From: the human T2T-CHM13v2.0 reference genome, Homo sapiens | Length of the DNA stretch: 64,000 bases | NCBI RefSeq assembly: GCF_009914755.1 | Contig: NC_060932.1 | Strand: one strand, 5' to 3' | Shown: one piece after another, positions 30,226 through 43,088 of the stretch | Numbering within the stretch: the first letter of the stretch is position 1 | How the letters are laid out: every line of letters starts with the position of its first letter | Translations under genes and position numbers: made by a program | The notes under the pieces: generated by a model | Database searches by the model: none | Told to the model about the DNA's origin: nothing | The model's input: only the letters and a program-made list of their open reading frames with translations

Positions 30226-31115
30226 ATCTTTAGTTACTTTTAACGTTAATAACAGCTCAAGATTTATCACATACTTAACAATTTATAGAGACAATTTTTA
30301 AACAGATTGACTGTACATATTGTCCTAAATTATTATACTTACATACAATAAATGGAATGATGTATCCTTATCTAAATCTAAAGTGCTCATAAGCATTTTG
30401 ACAAATTTTTCTTATTGGGGGAGGCTTTCTCTCTAAATGTGAAAAAAAAAGTGTGTAAGAACCAAACTGTTTTGTTCATATCAGAGCTTTGGAAAAAGCA
30501 AAAAGTATATCGGCAGATTATTTTCAGTAGCATTAGCATAATCTAATTAACAATGAAAATACTTGCATTTACTGGTATTCCCTAATATTTAAATAGGTAT
30601 GGTTAAATGACCTCATCCAGCAGGATTTTAAAAGAGATCATATTTGAAGGTGTCCAGTGAAAGCAGCAATGAGGGATAACTTTATTATTATATTATTAAT
30701 TTGGGGGTTATTTCTCCTTTCCTTCCTTCCTTCCTTCCTTCCTTTCTTCTTTCTTTCTCTCTCTGTCTCTCTCTTTTTAACTAATCAAAAGAGAGCTGAA
30801 GTATTGAGTTATTTCATTTGGATCTTATGGGTTCATGGGAATGTTCTTTGTAGAGGCAATAAAGAGTTTGCTTTTTTGGCTGGGATGACAAATTATTGAA
30901 GTTTCCAAGCCAAAATTATATTCTTTAACCTTCAGTGGTAAAATTCTGTAAGGGATTAAATAGATTCAAAGTAATTTTCCAAGTTAGAAGGACCTTTACA
31001 AAATTTGTAGAGGCCCTCATTCATGGAAACATGGTAAGGTCTTCCACGTGGGCCACCATAAAATGTGCCTCCAAAACTTTCACAATAGAGCCTCAACTCT
31101 TCTCCCATAGGTCTT

Positions 31116-31673
31116 TGCATTAGTCAGGGTTCTCTAGTGGGAAGAACAAATAGGATACATGTATATATGAAAGGGAGTTTATTAAGGAAAATGGACTCAC
31201 ACAATCGCAAGGTAAAGTCTCACAGTAGGCTGTCTGCAAGTTGAGGTGCAAGGAAGCCAGTGGTGATCAGTCCGAGTCCCAAAACCTCAGAAGTAGGGAA
31301 GCCGCCAGCGCAGCTTTCAGTCTGTGGCCAAAGGCCCAAAAGCCCCGTGGCAAACCACTGGTGTAAGTCCAAAAGTCCAAAAGCTGAAGAAGTTGGAGTG
31401 TGATGTTTGAGGGCAGGAAGAGTCTAGCACAGGAGAAAGATGAAGGCCGGAATACTCAGCAAGTCTGCTCTTCCATCTTCTCCTGCCTGCTTTATTATAG
31501 CTGCATTGGCAGCTGATTACACGGTACCCACCCAGATTGAGGGTAGGTCTACCACTCCCAGTCCACTGACTCAAATGTTAATCTCCTTTGGCAACACCCT
31601 CACAGACGCATCCTGGAATAATACTTTGCATCCTTCAATCCGGTCAAGTTGACACTCAATATTAACCATCACA
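31116..31673 (-). mobile_element. MLT2B-like ERV-L solo LTR
   Basis: tgcattagtcagggttctctag...gttgacactcaatattaaccatcaca; flanks gtctt/gtctg (5-bp TSD, one mismatch). Confidence 0.88.
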
Positions 31674-33538
31674 GTCTGAAACCTGAAGAATTTGAAATTT
31701 CCTTTCATCTATACACAGAATGTCAAAAACCTAAACACTCATCAGAGAATTCAACAACAAAAGAGTAGAGATTCAGCAATTTTGTCAGAAGCTTGCTTCA
31801 AAATATTTAAGATGTGAGCATTAGCAAAACATGTTCACTATCCAATCCTCAAAAGATTTCTGGCCCCATTCCTTTAATTATCATCAAAAAGCAACCTACT
31901 TGAGCCGTGGTATCTTAGTTTTCTGAAAAAAAGTATCTTCCCTTTGGACTCAATATTATGTCTTTAGCTTTTAAATAGGGTCAATATAGGAAGGATCCAT
32001 TTTGAGAACATTTCTGTAGCTTTGGTAAAACCATTTTTCACTGTTGCTCAGTGTCCTTTATATACAGATCTGTGTGACAAATTCTCCATAGAATTTTGTG
32101 TCAAGAAGTGTTTCTCTCCCTAAATTAATACTGACCTTCATTTTTATCAAATACTTTGTAACTTTGATCAAATATTCTTCACCCCTTCTTAATTTTAACA
32201 GAAATCTCAAGTTAACTTAAACTTGTATTGGGGTTATTGACTAATTTCAGGGATCTAGTTACTTATATTTTCTTCTCTTTCTTATCAATTTCTAATTAAT
32301 ATTTTTTATTATTAAGCTTTGGTCTAACATCTCAATTACATCAATTCTTTTTGAAACAGATGAGGTATAAATATAGTGACCATATACCGTTTTTTTTCAG
32401 GGACATTTTGATTTCAAGTGGCTTTATTCTTTTACTCAAAGAAGATTAGTTGAAATCAAATGATACGCTTCCACATGTATTTGTAAAAATTTCATGAAAA
32501 TAAATTCACTGGCCATTGGAAATCGGAAAAACTCTGGATCCCAATTTTGGGCTGAGAGAATATTGTCACAAAGCTTTATATCATAAATAAGCCCAGCCTT
32601 ACTCCAGTTCTCCAGACCCATACTTCCACTGACCATTAGCCATCTTCACTTAAGTGTTCCCCACAGACCTCAAACTCAACATATCCTTCCCATTAAATCT
32701 TGTGCTTTTTCCTAAGCTTTCCATACCTTGGCTAGTGACTAATAATTCAAGCAATTTCCTTCACTGCTCCACCCCATTCAAATTAACCATCAACTTTATT
32801 GATTTGATCTTTGAAATGACTAATTTATTGCCTCCTCTTGGTTTCTCTCTTCGACATCCTAATTTATTATTTATCTCTGGACCCTTCCTAATCTTCCCAA
32901 CTATCCTCACCTACTTTTCCAATCTCTTCTCGATCCTATCATCTGAGTGTTCTTTCTAACATTAAAATCTGATTATGCTACTTTCATTTTAAAAAAATGA
33001 GTAGCTCTTGCATTATCTACAGAAAAATTCAATTTATATAATCATGACATACATAGGTGTTGTCTCTGACAGCAATACCACCAGCTCCTCCTGTAACCCA
33101 AGTGTTGTAGACTTTCACACCCGCGTTTCCCTCCCCTGTCATAGCACAACTCTCTTCAATTCCCACCTTCCTCTGGTAGGTCTGGGAAAAACTGAAAGTG
33201 AGCCAGTGCATATGAGGGTCCGCTTTTCTGCTACCATCAGCTCCTACCTGCTGCTCTCAGGTCTGGCTCAAACCTTCACCTGTTTCCCTAAGGATCATGG
33301 AATTCTAGAACAACCATCTCCCTCAACTGCTGTCACCTTTGCCAAGTAGACCTCAGTAGAAGGGTAATTCCAAGGGGCATGCCTTCTTTTCCATGTCTTA
33401 TCCTTAAATTTCCCATGGACCCTTTGACCTGAGGCTGTTACGTATGACTGACTTGTATGCAAGGTTTGAAGATATTGAGAGAAAATATACAGAACAATTT
33501 GGAAGAGGGAACAGCTTAATATTAAAAATGTCACGTGA

Positions 33539-33861
33539 GGCAGGGCATGGAGGCTCACGCCTATAATCCTAGCACTTTGGGAGGCCGAGGTGGGTGGATC
33601 ACTTGAGGTCGTGAGTTCAAGACCAGCCTGGCCAACATGGTGAAACACTATTTTTAGTAGTAGTAGGTTACTACTACTACTAAAAAAAAAAAAAAAATCT
33701 GGGCATGGTGTGTGTTGTGCCTGTATTCCCAGCTACTCAGGAGGCTGAGGGACGAGAATTGCTTGAACTGGGAAGCGGAGGTTGCAGTGAACCAAGATTG
33801 CACTACTGCACTCCAGCCTGGGTGACAGAACAAGACTCTATCTTACACACACACAAAAAAA
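33539..33861 (+). mobile_element. Full-length Alu (AluS-like) with rearranged linker
   Basis: Both arms recognisable; linker carries a 16-bp perfect inverted repeat at 33651-33686. Confidence 0.93.
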
Positions 33862-35689
33862 GTCACATCATAGATCTTCAAAGTCCTTCAACCATCTTTG
33901 CAACTGAGAATTTCTCAGCAAGCGCACTTTTCCTTCTTAAGCCTCCACCCACAGCCACCTTCTTGAGCCCTCTGCCTCTGTTCTTTTCTCTCTGCTGTCC
34001 TCTTTTCTCCCTAGTTGCCTGTGCCCGACCCTCAAATTCTTCATTATTTCTCATATAGAGTAGTGGGTTGTACTTTCCACTCTCTCTCTCTGACCCCAAA
34101 CTAGGCCACAGCTTTCTCTTTATTTATTATTATTATTTTACTAAATAAAGGGACCGTGTACTTTGGCAGAGACATTTGTCATTCCACTTTTTCCCTTTAC
34201 CACACACAGATTATATTCCTAGCCTGGGCTTCTCTCTCTACTACTTTCTGTAAGCCAAAGAGGAGCAATATATATATTTTTTTAATTCACTGCCTTTCTA
34301 AAACAGGTGCACAATGATCATTTTGTCCCCGTAGAGATTCAATCTTAAGATATGTGTGAATTCCTTTCTGAGTTTTATGAGTTTTCCCTTCAACAGTCTC
34401 ACAAGAAGTGCTTATTTGTTATCTATTAACACTTTTTGGGGCCAGTTTCCAATTTCCCTTCTAGCATCTTTTTTTTTTTTTAAACCTGGTATTACAGTGC
34501 CCTACAAATATCTTTTATGGAGTTTTATCACATCATATCTTAGCTTTTTATTGCTGTTTCCTAGGTAAAATTTTTCATTACTTACTTAGTCCTTGTTTCA
34601 TTGGACTTTCTCCATAGATCAATAGATCTTGTCAGAAATGTTCCCACCTACCAAGTGGCTCATGGACAGCCTTTGTGAATATGACCAAATACAGAGAGGA
34701 GGAGAAAGAGGAAGTTCAATTTGTGAGTAAAAAGCTACAGAGTGGGTCCACTGTTATAAGATAAAATGATTCCTTTTAAAAAACTGGTATGGTTTAGTAC
34801 AGTGAGAAAAAATAGCAATTATTATACTAAATTGTTCTTCTACTGCAACTGGATAGAGGTCAACAACAACAAAAACTTCCCAGAATCTTATAGGCCTTTT
34901 AACAAATTTGAATGTTTTTATTGTTAAACAGATATTTATTTTTCCTCTGATGTATATAATGACACAAAACCTAAACTCATAAAAACCCCAAAAGAAAAGG
35001 AAGGAAAATGGATGAAGTACAGTTCAGCACAAATAATGCCATCTAGCTTCCACATAAATTATTCATGGTAGCTATTTATGTGGTGTAATTCCTATACTTA
35101 CCTGACAATATGCTGACAGGTTCTTCTTTCTACTCTATTTTCCTCAGTCGGCTTATTCAAGTCTGAGAAGAAAGGTAAGAGAACAGCAGACTCTCTCTCT
35201 TCTTAGAAAGTACTTGGATTATGTCTCAGTTGTAGAAAAAAATATTAACATATTATATTTACAGGAAGCAGTCTCATTTTTGTGGCTCCTTTAAAAGATG
35301 AGAGCATAAATGTAAGTAAAGGACAAACTGGGTCCTCCCACCTTGCTTCATGATTTCATGAATCACTGAATCCTAGGCCTGGAAGGGACTTTGAGAGCCT
35401 CCTTCCTACCCCTACCCTCCACATGAAGACATGAGCTGTTCAGAGGAGAATCAATCCCATTTTTCTGGTCTCACTGAGAAGGTCCCACATCGTCCCTTGT
35501 CACTCACTCCAGTGTAACAATCCTGACATCAGAATAGTCTTCCTGATGGATAACTGAGTTCTTCAGGTTGCTTTCTTATCCTCTTATATTAACCTGGGGA
35601 GGTCAAGATAATTAATTCATACTTTACTATTTTCTCTAATTAGGCATTATTTTATTTTGTTTCCTCATTTCAAAGTTTTTCACTGTCAT

Positions 35690-35905
35690 AGCATAGTTAA
35701 GTATATGGACTTAACACCATATACTAGCTGTGTGACCTTGGGGAAATATTTTAACCTCTCTACACTTCAATGTCATCATCAATAAAATGGAGGTAACAAA
35801 ACTACCTACCTCATAGGGAACTTAGGAAGATTAAATTAAATGAGTTAATATTTGTAAATTCCTTGACTCAGTGCTGATGTATAGTGTTACATAAATGTTT
35901 GCTAA
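35690..35905 (+). mobile_element. MIR SINE
   Basis: actagctgtgtgaccttggggaaatattttaacctctct...acctacctcataggg. Confidence 0.75.
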
Positions 35906-37199
35906 AAAATTTAAAGCATATTTAGAAAAAAGGAAAGACAAATTTGGAATATATAACAAAATACAAAAAAATTATCAATAATTTTACTGCAGAGATAACA
36001 CTGTTTATATTTCAATATGTTTCTGTCTGGTCTTATGTATATATAAATCACATATATAGCACATAATTGGGATGATGCTATATTTGAGAGAAAGCGCTGC
36101 TGCATCATCAGCTACTTCACTTAATGTTACTTTATAAACATTTCTCCAGATTCTTAAGAATCTTTGCAAATTATGTTTAGTGGTTGTACAGCAATCCAGT
36201 TTATGGGCCTACACCATGAGCAATCTCCCTGTTGTTGAGATATGAGGTTTTTTTGGTATTTCCTTTTTTTAGCTAATTCAGTGATAACTGTCTTTATAAA
36301 CTTTTATCCATCTTTTTGAATATTTCTATTCTAAATTTCCTTGAAGCAGGATGCTGGGAGAAAGGATACCTTGAAGACTCCAGATACATACTGTTAAGTT
36401 ATGTTCCAGTAAGAAATGTATTAACTGATGCTCCGAAAAGTAACGTATGAGGTATCATCTTTCATAGCAACATTAAATGTTGCTTTAAAAAAAAGAAACA
36501 TAATTTCCATTTTTATGGTAAAAAAACTACCATATTTTAACATAGTTTAATATTTTAATATGAATTTTTGATTCCTGGTTAGAGTGAATATTTCTATTAA
36601 CTATTATATACTAATTATTGAGTGTATATTAGCTACTGTAAACTAGTACATTTTTATTAAGACATACCTTAGCATTTGGCTGTCCAGGTGGAATTCATTG
36701 TTCTTTTATGTTTTCCTTTGGGTCATGTTTTCTAACTTTAATTGACTTGTCATTTTCCTTTAGAGAGTTTTTTCTTCCTGGGGTTATTTTCCTATACTGG
36801 AAACCAAGGTAAGAGGCTGTGTTGGCATTGGGGCCCAACTGACTTGTATGTGGCATGATGGGATGTTCCCATCTTTGCAAGTCAGGAAAAACCAACAAGT
36901 GACTAGTATGAGTTAGTATTGATCTGGGTTCTGTGGAGATAAGAGAGGGTCCTTATTCTCCTAGAGTTTTAAAGTCTAGTTGGAAAGAAATGACCAATGC
37001 TTGAAACAATTAGTGATCAATTAAGGCAGCCTATACTGAGCAACTTGTGGAATACATACAAAGTGCTACAGCCATTTAAAGAAGGGAGAGATCAATGATA
37101 ATGTGACTAATCATCCATGAGGTTGGCCTTGGTGGAGGGAAGGGCAAACAGTTTGGGTGAAAAGAACTACAGAAGTAAATGGCAGCCTATTTATTATAG

Positions 37200-37500
37200 A
37201 TGAAAAGAGCATGAATTTTTGTGTTAGATCTGGGTGGGAAGGCTCAGCTACACCACTTGGTAACTTTAACCTCAAGCAAGTGTATTAAGTGATTTGAATC
37301 CCAATTCTGCCACTTATGAGCTGTGTGACCTTGGGGAAGCTAATAATTTCTATGATAAGTCTAACTTTGCTCATGTATAACATAAGGATAATAAAAGGAC
37401 CTACCTCACAGGATTGTCATGGGGATTCGATGAGTAAATATGAGAACTGGGGCCTGGCACATTATAAGCACTCAATAGTGTTAGCTTTTATTATTAACTA
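37200..37500 (+). mobile_element. MIR SINE(s), two adjacent pieces
   Basis: tttgaatcccaattctgccactta..agctgtgtgaccttggg...cctggcacattataagcactcaata. Confidence 0.75.
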
Positions 37501-37989
37501 CATAAGCATCAATAAGTAAGTTACTTATTAATATGATATAGTAATGATTCTCCACTACATTAGACAACTATGGGTATTTTGATTGAGAATTGGGCAAATT
37601 TGGCACTGAAAAGGAGAGGAAGAGACTAGAACTGGAAGTTTTCCTCGAAATCATGATATACATACTAAATTTGGAAGTGCAGTGCTCAGCTCTGCACTCA
37701 GGTCAGTTATTATTCACTGGAGCACACACCCACAGACCTGTTTCCTTCCATTTAGCTTGAGAGCCTGATTTTTCTCTGCAAGGCTCAAAGTCAGCTCTGA
37801 TTTTTTAAAGATCAAATTCAACACTCTCATCAATATATCCTAAAAAAAGATACAGTTAACATTCCTAAAATAGGAATTAAAATAGACATATAATTAAAAT
37901 ACTAATTAAGTAAAGAGGTACTATATTAGCAACACTAAAGAAAATAGAAGGATTTAGAAAAATCAAAATACTGAGAGTGAAGGTTTTAA

Positions 37990-38523
37990 AATATGTACGC
38001 ATTCCTTCTTGACGCTCCTCCCCTAAAACGGTAGAGCCTAGTTTCACTATCCTGGACTGTGGGCTGGAGTTAGTGACTATTTTAATGTATAGGATGAGGT
38101 GGAAGTGACAGTGTTTGACGTCCAAAACTGGGCCATAAAATCCTTTGCAGCTTTCTTTCTGTCTTGGGTCCCTCTCCTCAGGGGACCCAGCAGCCTTGTT
38201 TGGAGGAAACTCAAGAAGCTCTATGGAGAGGTCCAAGTAGTAAGGAATCAAATCAAGACCTCCTGCCAACAGCCAGCACAAACTTGTCAGCCATGTGAGT
38301 GAGTAATTTTGGAATAGAATCCTCAGTCGCAGGCAAGCCTTAAAATGCCCGTAACCCTAGCCAACAGCGTGACTGAAACCTTATGAGAGAACCCTGAGCC
38401 AAAACCACCCAGCTAAGCTGGTCCCAAATTCCTGACCAACAGAAAACTGTGTGATAATAAAAGTTTAATTTTTTAAGCTACACTTTGGGGTAATGTATTA
38501 TGCAGCCATATATGACTTATACA
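37990..38523 (+). mobile_element. MLT1-type MaLR LTR
   Basis: gagaaccctgagccaaaaccacccagctaagctggtcccaaattcctgaccaacagaaaactgtgtgataataaa...tgacttataca. Confidence 0.75.
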
Positions 38524-39274
38524 CGAAATGTGATCTAAACTAAGATTTTACCATGAGATACTTAACCTAATTCACTTGAGGAAAAAAGAAGGCAAAGCTC
38601 ATAGTGAACTAGAGGGAGATTTTGATATGTAGAAATGAAGAAAATAGTAGAAAAGCAAACATTAAATAGGAAATTAACTATAAGCAGGTCATACCTTGTG
38701 GAACAGACTGGCTAGCTGTTCAAACCCATTTCTTCTTTCTCCCAGATATACTGCTGGACTACATTTCCCAGCCTCCCTTGCAGCTGGATGTGGCAATAAT
38801 ACCAAATGCTAACCAACTGGACTGAAAACCTTCCACAAAATCTCCAATGCTGTCCCTTTTTCTGTCTGCCAGCTAGATATTAACAACCAGAGTAATCTTG
38901 GAAGATGACAGAGCCTTTAACAGCCTAAGGTTCTCAATAATAGTGAAGCAGACAGCCCCCCAAACCAGGCTGCTGGAGGATTTATGCCTTCAGTGTGGCT
39001 TCTGTAAGTTCTTAGGCAGCTTCATCCAGCCACCAGATTGAGAAGTTAAGTGCATAAAGGCATGTTGGTTTCTTAACCACTAGAGCCAGGAGGTAACTCA
39101 CGTCACTTTGCTCACATTCCTTTGGTGCAAATTAGCCATTTGGACCTACCTAAGTGGAAAGAGAACTGGGAAATGCAACCCTTGTTTAGGCTGCTGTTCT
39201 CTAGCAAAAACTCTACACAAAGTAAATGGGCATGGATCTTTGGCAGATGTGCCATAGTCTCTCCCTTCCTTTAA

Positions 39275-39415
39275 TTTTTTTTTTTTTTTTTTTTTCTGTA
39301 GAGACCAGGTCTCACTTTGTTGCCCAGGCAGGTCTCCAACTCCTGGCCTTAAGTGATCCTCCTGCCTCAGCCTCCCAAAGTGTTGTGATTACAGGTGTGA
39401 GCCACAACACTTGGC
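39275..39415 (-). mobile_element. FLAM_C-like Alu monomer inside MaLR-like sequence
   Basis: T tract plus left-arm sequence; degenerate TSD tagtctctcccttcctt / tagtctatcctttctt. Confidence 0.8.
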
Positions 39416-40664
39416 TAGTCTATCCTTTCTTACACACAAAGACTCAACTCCCAAGGAGGAAGACTAAAGGACCCATCCAGAACATGCCTCCAGCTCCAAA
39501 TCCAAGACCTCCAAAATGTACATAGTATTCTCATAAAGTTGCCAGATGTTGTGATCTGGCAAACTATAAACAGAAGATATGTTACACCTCACATAAAACA
39601 TATACTAATGGAACAAGGACATGATAACCATAAGAAACAATCTGACATAATCATTGGTTCATCAGAATGCTGAAACTCTGTCAGTCAGGCATTGTGCTGT
39701 ATTTCTGCCCTGTGGGTGGGGTAAATTCCTTGGATATGCCCTGTCCTTCTTTCTGGAAGGAATCACTTGTCCATTGTTTCCAAGGCCCCTCATTCAAGGC
39801 CCTAGGAGTTTCTTCCTTTTATCTATGGCCACATCTAAAATAAGTATTCTGAAACATGCCCTCTTTGGGGGCTGTTCTAGCACATTTTCTAGCCTGTTTC
39901 CTACTGCTACAAGTTTGGGGACTCAAATGTTGTTTATTAAGGCTCAAACAGTCTAAGGCTCATGGGTTCTTTGGCAATGTATTTCCCTTACAAACTTAGG
40001 CTTTTGTGTTACTTGCTCCCATCAGTTCCGTGTGCCAATAACCATATTAAAATTTTCCTGCCTCCAGCCTGAGTTGTTTCTTTGTTTCCTGACCCATGGC
40101 TTCTCTTTTTCAGCTCAACGATGCTCTTTTGAGATTATAAAAAACAGCTTTGACCTTATAATGCTCTTTGACATAAGGCAGCATCACTACTGAACTTTTA
40201 TCACTCAAAGTCTCTTTCAGCTTCATATTTTACTGTTTAGGGTCAGCCTCTGTCTCTCCTAGCCCCCTTATATTCTGTTCGCAATCAAGAAATTCTTTCC
40301 TGAGCTCATCATTTGTATAAGGTGTGGCCGAAGGCTGGGGGTTCTACCCTCTTCCGGCTCTGGTACCCTGGTTTCCCTCCTATGGATCCACTCAGCAGCA
40401 GGGGGCATCACTGATTATGCCATTTCAGTATCAGGAGAAAATAAGTTCAATTTTTAGCAACTGTTCTTAATGTCATTTGTATTCCAGAACAGTTACTTTT
40501 GCTAATTTGGCAGAATGTGAACAAGGTTCAATAAAATTCAAAGATAAATATAAACACATGAACTCTGTGGTCTGGATAAATGGCAATGAAGAACAGTCTC
40601 TTGTCAGAGTGCTTATTGATAGAATCTTTTAAGTTTTAGCTCTATGAATGTTAAAAACAATTCA

Positions 40665-41031
<367 letters not shown>

Positions 41032-41246
41032 TTAATATTTTGCCACATGGCATGCTGATTGGAGTTATGACTATTCAAGGTCTAGAAGATTGTAGTACAA
41101 GATATTTACATACCATACTCCACAATTAAACAAAAGACTGTTTTCCAAATTGTTTTTCCGTTCATGAAGGGAGATGTAAATTTCTTTCTTGGAGGGATGT
41201 ATTTATGATGGTGGAAGCAAGAGACATACAAATAAGCAGTTTCCAC

Positions 41247-41282
<36 letters not shown>
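41247..41282. repeat. (ATG)12 trinucleotide repeat followed by purine-rich low-complexity sequence
   Basis: Directly visible. Confidence 0.95.
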
Positions 41283-41284
<2 letters not shown>

Positions 41285-43088
41285 GGAAGGGAGGAGAGAA
41301 AGAGGGAGTGGGGAAAAGGAGGAAGAGGAAATTAAGAAGGAAAAGGAGGATGAGGAGGAGAAAGGAGCATAAGTAAAAAAATATTATGTTTTATCATGAT
41401 GATCAGTAATCATCTGACAATTGGGCCCAATTCAGTTTTTCATCAGCCGATAATCAACATGAACATATAGGATCCCAAGTACCTACAAAAACTCATATTC
41501 TGTAGTTACAAAGAACCTCACTCAAGATAATGGTAGCTGTTATGATGGTATACCAGAAAAGGATTTGTTTTCATTTTTCTCTAACTTTTCTTATTTACGT
41601 TCTATCAGAGTCTTGCAAGGCAAACAGTATTATTCTCATTTTACAGATGGAGAAACTTGGATCAGATGTCATTACAAGAGTAGAGGAGCAGGCATTCAAA
41701 CTTCAGATCATCTGTCTCCATGGTTCTGAAGCCTTTATTATTCGACGTGTTGTGGAGATTATGCAAGATACTGCACATGAACGCAGAATGCCTGGCACAT
41801 AGTAAGCACTCAAATGTGACTTTCTCTCCGTCCCTGGATCCCTTACTGGAGACTACATAAACTCTATGTTCACTGTTGTGCACATAGAAAGAGTAACTAC
41901 ATTTTCTTTTCAATTCCAAGGAAAAGTGTCAGCATAAGCTTACTTGAGTCTCATTAGGGGTAAGAAGTAGGATGGCTGTGAGTTGATAGTTTTGACATAT
42001 ATTTTGATAAATCACTATATTACCTAAAAGCAAAATAGTGATATGATTTCTTTATAGGAAGGGTTCCTTATTTCTCAGATCACAAGCCTGCTATTTTCTT
42101 TAGTTTATAAAATAATAAGCGCAAAATAAAACAGCCAGTATAAATTGATGTTTTTATAAGGGTCATATTCCTTCTAAACTTAATATATAATTTTAGTGAA
42201 GGAGTCCCAGATTTTAATTCTTTTCCTACCGCTTATTAGTTATATAACTTTGGCCAGTTATTTGACATTCTCCAGCTTTAGTTTTTCATTTGTAAAATGC
42301 AGATAACACTTGCCTTGCAGAGATGCTGTGAGAATTAAATGAGGTGAGGTATAAATTAAATAATACATAGTAAGAACCCAAGAAAGTAAGCACTTCCTCC
42401 TGTCCATGAGTTGAAAGGACAAATGTTGGCTTAATCTCCTTTTTTATGATTAAATAATACAATAAAATCATATAGGTAATATATTAAAGTATAATTGTGA
42501 CAATTTTTTTTTAAGCATTTAATAAAGATCTACTAAATTTGCCTTCTCTGGAGACCTTTAGCATTTTTGGCCCCCAGTATAAATGTATTAATATTAAATT
42601 GATCAAGTGATCATTAGAGAAGATGAGAATATTTATGTTCATTGATACATACTCTGCTTGAACAAAACAAAGACCTTAGAAATTCTGGTAGTCATTAGTG
42701 TCATTTGCCAAACAGTCCCAATTCTCCTCATTTCAGGGCTCATGATGGAACTGCATTTCCTGGCTTAAGTGGGACTATATGACTAGTCCTGACTAAATAC
42801 ATGTTGACCTGGTGCAGTGTCTCTTTGAGACCTTTCAGACTCTTTTCCCCTCTAGCTTGGCAACCAGGGACATGTAAAAAGGTGGCTGCATCAGACTGGG
42901 TCCCCTTGACTGCTGACCTGCAAGGGTCATATAGCGAGAGACTGTGGAAATGTAACAGCATCACTTAGCTTATTCCGAATGATCAGAGGTGGTTAACAAA
43001 AGCCAAAAGAACTTCTAGAAAAAAACAGATATCGAAAGAAGTAGACTTTCTTCCTATAAAGGATGTAGATAAGAATCTTGATCCAATT

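Noticed and set aside
33295-34058. Alu-derived ORFs (also 40662-40991 and 53214-53582)
   Set aside because: Standard Alu translation products
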